Part shown: positions 55,241-64,000 of the stretch, piece after piece
Numbering within the stretch: the first letter of the stretch is position 1
Layout: every line of letters starts with the position of its first letter
Source: Octopus vulgaris
Lineage: Eukaryota
Reading direction: 5' to 3'
Length of the DNA stretch: 64,000 bases
NCBI GenBank assembly: GCA_951406725.2
Contig: OX597818.1
Location: forward strand, 40,858,001-40,922,000
Program-made: the position numbers and the translations under genes
Notes under the pieces: generated by a model
The model's database searches: none
What the model was told of the DNA's origin: nothing
What the model saw: only the letters and a program-made list of their open reading frames with translations

Positions 55241-55870
55241 ATCAAGGCAAGAAGGAAAGATAATAAGAGGATAAGGTGCGAACGAAGAAGGCGAGAAGGA
55301 AATGAGAAGGTGACTATTAATAGAAGAATAAAAAGTGAAAGGGTGTGGTTAACCGTAATATGTAAAGAGTAACAACGACTTAGGAGCGATAGAAGAAAAA
55401 GTAGGTTGAGAGAATCAGCAACAGAGAGGCGGTGCTTAGCATCAAAGGTAGGAAAGAAGCGCGCTGCTGTATAAAGCCAAATAGTCAGGTAAGAAATGTA
55501 AGGTAGGAGCATGTAAATATGGGAGGAAAAAAGAGGAGAAGGAAGAGATAGACGTTAAAGAGAAACAAGAGCTGGATGTAGGTAATAGAAAAGGTTTTGT
55601 TAATTAATTTCAAACTACGCACTCAGTAGCGAAGGGCTGTCACTATTTTGGTTGTTGTTAGTGCTAGAAGTAGCAGCTAAATCTTCATTCAAATTAAAGT
55701 TATTCCCTATTAGAAGTGTTTTAGTGAAGGGAAAAGACGCGTTGTTGAATATATTTTATCACCGAGGCGCAGATTGATATTTGGAAAAAGTCCTTTGAAT
55801 ATGCGTGCGTATGTGTGTCTGCGTATACTTACATAATGTGTGTATTTGTATATATATATATATATCACCG

Positions 55871-55908
<38 letters not shown>

Positions 55909-55947
55909 TAATATATAAATATATATGCACATATACATACAAATATT

Positions 55948-55999
<52 letters not shown>

Positions 56000-56118
56000 A
56001 CGAGTCAGTTTATACACACATACATGCACACAGACGCACGCACACACATAAGTTTCGTAAGCAACTAATTACTACTACCGCAGCCGCAACTGCTGCTCCA
56101 ATTACTACAACAACAACA

Positions 56119-56153
<35 letters not shown>

Positions 56154-56165
56154 AACTACTACTAC

Positions 56166-56211
<46 letters not shown>

Positions 56212-56477
56212 TTAGAGTCGTCAACGTTATAACTTCATGGAGTGAAAAAATAAAAAACAAGACAATTGCAATGCGAATTTGAAAACCACTTCGCGGTTGA
56301 TTTTTAGGGTTGCTTGAAATAATAACCAAATTTCGTTTTATCAGATCCTACGGTGTTGAAATTACAAATGCCATCGCGGATAATGTCGTCCGCTCGATCA
56401 TATCTAAGCAACAACAACGACACTCTAAGCCATGCCAAAGACTAAATGAGTCTTTCGGAGTTTGGTTGGTGGCGAAG

Positions 56478-56862
56478 TTACTCTTTACTCGTTTACTTGT
56501 TTCAGTCATTTGACTGTGGCCATGCTGGAGCACCGCCTTTGGTCGAGCAAGTCGACCCCAGGACTTATTCTTTGTAAGCCTAGTACTTATTCTATCGGTC
56601 TCTTTTGCTGAACCGCTAAGTTACGGGGACGTAAACACACCAGCATCGGTTGTCAAGCGATGCTAGGGGGACAAACACAGACACACAAACACACACACAC
56701 ACATATAAATATATATACATATATACGACGGGCTTCTTTCAGTTTCCGTCTATCAAATCTACTTACAAGGCTTTTGGTCGGCCCGAGGCTATAGTAGAAG
56801 ACACTTGCCAAAGGTGCCACGCAGTAGGACTGAACTCAGAACCATGTGGTTCGTAAGCAAGC
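56478..56862 (-). mobile_element. SINE family A
   Basis: Reverse complement of the family A reference. Confidence 0.92.
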
Positions 56863-57828
56863 CAAAGTGTCAAATGAATGCCGAATTCATAGACAACGTG
56901 TTAGATAGAAAAGGAAAAACCAATACGGCTGCGTACAAAGTTAAATAAACGTGGTATGAGGACTGAATGTTACGTGTAGATTCTTTCTGTCTGATGGTGT
57001 TGGTATTACGCTCTTATTTTTAAGTAGGTACCTATCAAAATGGCGTCGTTTCTTGAACATCTTTCATCTTTAAGTAATAGAAATGCAAAGGATTTTGAGT
57101 ATGTGGCACTTCTCAGCTGTACTTAAATCCCAGCTTTCATTTCCGCTTTTATATGGTGCACATCTTTGAAGGATGTTGAGCTTTTATTTGAAATTAGTAG
57201 CATGTTCACCCAAATGCGAGACGTGATTATACAATCTCATTGCATTCCTCTTTTCTATATGTCTGAAGGAATAATTGAGTGAAGCACTGTCGTTTAAATT
57301 TACTTCTGTCTTACCTACAAAGTATTTACGCATTACATTCAACGCAGTTTAGTATGTCTGGGTGTTATTAACTTCTTAATATTAATGCAAGTCTTAGTTT
57401 AATATTGTTTCAGTAAGATATTTTGTAAATAATACGGAAATGATTATCAATTAATAACAGAATGTTTTAGTAATATTAGATATTTTAGATATTAAATTAG
57501 ATATTATATTAGATATTAGATATTATATTTTTATTCGAAATCAGATTAAATGTTCTTCTGCTGATATTCAAATATTAAGTATGTTTAAAACGTAAGGGTG
57601 GATGGCAGGAGGCTGTATTAATGAATGCGGCTTTTCCGTTTGCTAATGAGATTATATATGATTGTGGTTAAAATATTACGTCTAAGAAATTACGATGCTT
57701 GTATTTTCTCCTTTTAAATGCATCTAAAGTATGCCTGGTGGCATGTCGGGATATATCTAACCCATCATCACGATATAAACCAAACTGTATTACCCGATTT
57801 TTTTTTAGTTTAGCTAGGAAATACATGT

Positions 57829-58082
57829 GGAAGTGCGTGGCTTAGTGGATAGGATATCAGCATCATGATCGTAAGATTGTGGTTTCGATTCCTGGACCGG
57901 GCGACGCGTTGTGTTCTTGAGCAAAGCACTTCATTTCACGTTGTTCCAGTCCACTCAGCTGGTAAAAATGAGTAACGCTGTGATGGGCTGGCGTCCCGTC
58001 CAGCTGGGGAACACATACGCCATAGAAACCGGGAAACCGGGCCCATGAGCCTGGCTAGGCTTTAAAAGGGCGCATTTATTTA
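57829..58082 (+). mobile_element. SINE family D (tRNA head, CORE-like segment, V-like 3' body)
   Basis: tggcttagtgg A box, ggtttcgattcc B box, cttgagcaaagcacttc, gctgtgatgggctggcgtcccgtccagctgggg; a degenerate copy lies at about 22495-22700(-). Confidence 0.88.
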
Positions 58083-59275
58083 TTTTAGGATATACATAGA
58101 CCGACAGAATCGTATATCCCTGCGCTAACATGCAATTCCTATTCTTAGGCGAAAGAACTTGTTGGGTCTGGGGCTTGATCCGATAGGATCCTTTGTCAAT
58201 CAACAATCTTTACATAGCGCGCGTAGTATTAGCTATTTCATTATCATCTATATCATTAAATATCTCAGCAAGTTCAGATTGCCTAAGAGTAGAAGTCGAA
58301 AGATAATATTCGACAATATCCAACTGGGTAAATTTGGTCGAGATAGACTTTGGTCGATAAAATAAGTACCAGTCGAGCGCTGGGGTCAAAATTGCTGGCC
58401 TTGTGCTAAAATTTCAAACCTATATTATGTTATTATTAACTCTAGCGCAAACACATGCCAAAGTCAAAAAGGTATAAATTGTGGCGTGATACTTTATATG
58501 GTTCTTCGATGTGTTAGAGAGAGCAGTTGAAATCCCCTTAAATTGCATGCTACCTTCTTAAAAAGAGAAGAGGAAATTTTAGGTCATAATGATGATGTGT
58601 TACTCGAAAATAACATGGCTTGGCCAAGACTGGAATACTTTGATCAACTTCTCAATCTGGGTTGACCTCAGCTAAACGATTACTTCAACATCACACACAT
58701 GCACATACAAAACCTATAAACATATACATAAATACAAACACCGTTTAATACAAACATAGACAAACGCAAAATGTTATGCAGATACATAACAGTAGCACAC
58801 GCACGAGAACTCTCCCGCACACACAAACACACATATACACACACATAACATAAAATGGATCGCAAACACATTTATGCACACATTTTTATTATTGACACAT
58901 GAATCAGTATAGAAAAGCACACACATGGCTGCATACACACACAACATGGGTATATATAGGCATGCAGGCATACACATATATAGAAGCAAACACAACCATA
59001 TTCATACTTGTACACTACTCATATATTGCCGTTTATGCAGCAGCATATAAATTTACACACATACGAACACATAGATAAATACACGGATACACACACTGAG
59101 ATACAAGTAAGCACACGCGCACGCAGACATACTGAAACACACATGCAGGAAGATGATCAGAAGTGCATACATACATATATAGTCTGACAAATGCATACAT
59201 CAGCATACACGAGCATACAGAAGAACAGAAACACAAAGAGAAACACGGACGCAAATATATAGAAATATATACAAA

Positions 59276-59307
<32 letters not shown>

Positions 59308-59708
59308 GGTGTGTGTGTGTTTGTGTGTACCAGCGCAGACACGAACGCACGCAAACACGCACGTATGTACGCACATATACCACATACGACGCGCACGCAA
59401 GTGCACGCACATATCCACATGGAATGGTAAGCTGCTTGCTAAAAGACGACTCTTGGACGTCGAGGTAAATCTTGTCAATTGGATTAAGACTCAATTATCT
59501 TAATCTAACAGATTACATCTAATCCCGTAGAAGATAAGTGTTTGACGTCTCTGGGATGACGAGGGGGAGAGAAAAAAGGAGTCTGCTTAAGTGAGTAATG
59601 AACATGGCGGAAATGGAGAAGCTAAAGGAAATTGGAGAGATTGCAAGAAGTTACGTGCATAGGAAAGAGAAAGACAGGTGGATAGATAGATAAGATAGAT
59701 AGATAGAC

Positions 59709-59770
<62 letters not shown>

Positions 59771-59904
59771 GTAGATAGATAGATAGATTAATATATATAT
59801 ATATATACAGACAGACAGATGGATAGATAGATAGATTAACATACATATATATATACATACATACATACATACATACATACATACAGACAGACAGACAGAC
59901 AGAC

Positions 59905-59954
<50 letters not shown>

Positions 59955-60296
59955 TGACAGATAGAAAGAGATAAACAGAAAGTGAGAGTAAGAAAGAGAG
60001 AGAGAAATAAACAGATAGGCTAATAGATAGATAGACGTGTAAATAGATAGATAGAGAGAGAGGGGGTGAGGAAGAGAGTAAGAAAGAGAGACAGAGACAG
60101 ACAATCAGACAGTCAGATAGACAATTAGACAGACAGACAGACAGAGACAGACAGATTGAGAGAGAGAGAGAGAGAGAGAGAGATAGGGAGAGGAAGAGAA
60201 ACAGAGACAGACAATCAGACAGACAGAAAGACACACAGACAGACAGACAGGCAAACAGGCAGGCAGGCAGGCAGACAGACAGGCAGACAGACAAAC

Positions 60297-60350
<54 letters not shown>

Positions 60351-62604
60351 GACCGAGGTGGGCAGAAAGAGGCACAGTAAGGAAAAAAAAGCACAAAACA
60401 GGATGATTGATGAATTTGTTATCACACAGTTTCTCACTAGACTATCGCTGTCTCCTTGTCAGCTGGACCGACGTCACCCTTCTCAATCGGATGCTCTGCC
60501 GTCCGTTGTTACAAGCAGTAACGCTGCATTTTCATAGGTCTGAGAGATCCTCCACCACTTAGGCAGTGCACCTCGTAGTCTAGCACAAAACACGCGATAC
60601 GTAATAATTGTGTGGCCTTATTACATAACTAAACCATATCAATCTGTTTGTAAATAACAACGTGAGCTTCTCACTCTTTGCCTCTTTCACTTTCCCTTCT
60701 CTCATTCTTTCCATCTGGTGTGTTGTCTTTCTTGTTGACCTGTGCTGTCTACATATACACGACGAAGACATAGCGGGAACGTCTGTGGGATCGCTCGACC
60801 TGCTACGATAGCAAATTCCCATAATTTATATCCAACCTTCTCAAAATGGAAACACACGTTGTGCTGTATCTTACAAAAAAAAAAAAAAGAGTGGATTGTC
60901 TTGCCTGGAAGGTCTATGACCATACTTCTGCTCAATCTAGGTCGATCAAGGTCTAAAGAACAACAAACATATGAAATATGTTACCGAAAGGACAGAGAAA
61001 ACGCCAAAAGGCAGGATTCGAACTCAATGCTGTTGAGTAGGGACGTGATTAATTTTTCATTCAGATGTCACTATGTCCTGGCAATTATTTTTATTGTTAC
61101 ATAGTTGAGGTGAAAATATAAATGTGGCTAACTTTTCACTGAAGATATCACCTTCAGATGCAGGTATGACCATGTAATACCTGGTTATTCGTTCACCGAT
61201 GCATTTGTTTACTTTCAAATATTAACACGCACAATTCATACGGTTTAGTCTAGCGTTGGTCGACCCTTATGCAGGTACTACGCGTGTGAACCTTCTGCAA
61301 CGCTCTCGATGGGAGGGCCTATATCCTCCCGTGCCAGCGATAAGCAGATTACTGGAACTTTGGCTACTATGACTAGACCCACGATGAATACTGGAATGGT
61401 TTCCTGTTGCCCTCTCCAGTCATGTAGGATCTGAACTCAGAATGTAGAGAGCTGAAAGATATACCGTAAAGTATTTTCGCCGACGTGTCAACGTTTATGT
61501 CACTCAAAAACATAGCGCAACCTCCGCTCTGACACTCGAACCCACGATATAGTGACCGTGAGTGCAGCACCCTAACCACTTGGTTACATGCCTTCACAAG
61601 TTCATACTCTATAGGAACCATATTATTGCTACCCGGGTTGGCGGATTGACAGCAACAGGAAAATATCGGAAATACTAACTTACTGTATTCAGTTATTGTT
61701 TACTACGTTCAGAGTTCAAGTACTGGGCTCTCTAGAATTGACTGCTTTGGGAAAATCTTGAATCTGGAGATTATCTCCCCGTCTAAAGTGGAGCAGGTCT
61801 TCTAGAGAGCCGGTCACTCTCTAGAGGCGAAGATAATTTCAATAAATAAGAAAATTATGTTGTGTGGTATTTGATATGCCTGTATTTGCCTATGTTGTTC
61901 GATTATATGCTACTATCCACTCCGAGCTATTTCTCTTAGCTCATTTCCGATTAGATTATGCAAATTACTAACACCATAAATATGTTTCATATTTGGATAA
62001 CTATTGAACTAGAAATATGTCAATGAGCGTCCACTCATCTTCAGACAATATGACTATCATTTTACTTAATGGCATGAAAGCTTTAGAGAACTTTCAGATC
62101 TTGAGATTATCTCCCTTTCTCAAATGGACCCAATTTTAATTGCCATTTTGTAACCAGTAAACATCCTGGTAGGCCCAGTGTTTTGTAGAAGAAGCATAAT
62201 CATGGTGTTACACAGGAGGGTTGAAGCTGGAACCATATGGTCAGAGGAAAAGTCTTCTTGCACCTATATGTATTTATTGCAGCCACACTTGCGCCTTCAT
62301 GTATTTATTACATATATGTGTATATAATATATTGTAAATCATATTTATTCACCCAATTAAATGTTCATTTGCATGAGAGAGAAAGAGAGAGAGCGAGAGA
62401 GAGAGAGAGAGAGAGAGAGTGTGTGTGTGTGTGTTTATGTGTGGTGCAGGGGAGAGTGAGAGAGAATATATGTGAGTGTAGGCCTAGATACATTTGATGT
62501 CTATATCAGAAGCTAAACAAAAGAGAACTTCCTTAAATATTTTCGTAGTTCTCTATATTTCATTACTGCTTAGCCTAAAATGTAAATAATATTATTATTT
62601 AAAA

Positions 62605-62694
<90 letters not shown>

Positions 62695-62729
62695 GGATGG
62701 ATGGATGGATGGATGGATGGAGATGGATG

Positions 62730-62783
<54 letters not shown>

Positions 62784-63028
62784 TAAGCGACCATAACGAA
62801 CTAATCCTAGCAACTTTGTGAAATATCTCTAACCGATGCTTTAAGAAGCTTTGGAATTCTTTCTACTATTCTTACGCAGCAGCACAGTAAAATGGAACTG
62901 GCTGCCAATTGAACCGAGTTAAAAGAGAATGTGCTTTGAAAATATTTTTCTGAAAATCTTCCGAAATGGGGATTTGACTGAAATGGAATTTCATATGTCG
63001 CATTAATACTTTGCAAGTGTATTGTTTA

Positions 63029-63083
<55 letters not shown>

Positions 63084-63257
63084 TCTTATACATATATACA
63101 CGCATAAAAGCAAAAGTGGAAATAAGTTTATGCATATTTATTCAAAACAGTCTTACGCGTGTTTCATTGATGAATAAATCAGTTGTATCTTACAATCAGA
63201 GTACATTTTATCTTCCAATCATTGTTAGTCTTATAATAAACGATATATTTATAGAAA

Positions 63258-63492
63258 TAAATAAATGCGCACTTTTAAAGCCTAGCCAGGCTCTTCCATG
63301 GCGTATATGTTCCTCAGCTGGATGGGACGCCAGTCCATCGCAGCGTTACTCACTTTTGCCAGCTGAGTGGACTGGAGCAATGTGAAATGAAGTGTTTTGC
63401 TCAAGAACACAACGCGTCGCCAGGTCCAGGAATCGAAACCACAATCTTACGATCATGATGCCGACACCCTAACCACTAAGCCACGCGCCTCC
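63258..63492 (-). mobile_element. SINE family D
   Basis: Reverse complement of 57829-58082 with a small deletion. Confidence 0.88.
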
Positions 63493-63849
63493 ACAAGCGC
63501 TATATTTACCTTACGAAAATTTATTGTCTCAACTAATGGAAATCTATACCCCACCCACATACAAAAATCCCCTACACGAATATATCTCTGATAGTATCCA
63601 AAATAGGCCACCCACCTGACTGTCATGAAGTAGCAAAACAGTAAACGTAAACCTATACATCAAACACGTGCTGCTTCACTGTCTTGTTGTTCCCCATCTC
63701 CTTCAGCAGTACCCTTGGTTTTTGATAGCTGGCTAATCTCATGCTATCTACATAATCCTTTTTACAATAGACACAAGGCCTGAAATTCGTGGCGGGGAGT
63801 TAAGTCGATTACATCGACCCCAGTGCTCAATTGGTAATAAATTTATGAG

Positions 63850-64000
63850 GGCGGCGAGTTGGCAGAATCGTTAGCATGCCAGGCGAAGTGCTTAGCGGTA
63901 TTTCGTCTGTCTTTACGTTCTGAATTCAAATTCCGCCGAGGTCAACTTAGCCTTTCATCCTTTCGGGGTCGATAAATTAAGTACCAGTTACGCACTGGGG
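63850..64000 (+). mobile_element. SINE family B running off the window (inverted B 3' fragment at 63768-63846)
   Basis: ggcggcgagttggcagaatcgttagc...cctttcatcctttcggggtcgataaattaagtaccagttacgcactgggg. Confidence 0.9.

Noticed and set aside
60437-60583. GC-richer island with short inverted ends (ctagacta...tagtctag) as an exon or MITE
   Set aside because: The frames examined close quickly and the inverted match is only about 10 bp.

Overview
AT-rich, microsatellite-saturated metazoan DNA with no recognisable host protein-coding gene. The SINE families resemble those I associate with octopus/cephalopod genomes; this is an inference from sequence, not a search result. Nearly all ORFs in the track are translations of (AT)n, (AC)n, (ATCT)n, (ATAC)n, (TTC)n or (GAAA)n arrays. 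Real coding content is retroelement-derived. (1) A 5'-truncated Penelope-like element (PLE) with an uninterrupted RT + GIY-YIG ORF at 51296-54258. (2) The 3' end of an L1/Tx1-clade LINE inside an (ATCT)n array, with two further 3'-UTR relatives. (3) An RTE-clade RT fragment. Around these lie several tRNA-headed SINE families and several MITEs (hAT, Tc1/mariner, pogo-like, Helentron-like). Best leads: a minimal hammerhead ribozyme with a non-canonical CUGUNGA core, conserved in two diverged PLE tails; more hammerhead-bearing tails that run into (AT)n/(ATAC)n arrays; a foldback element enclosing 13 TTAGGG-type units; and a microsatellite-associated Tx1-like LINE whose 3' tail is shared with a SINE.
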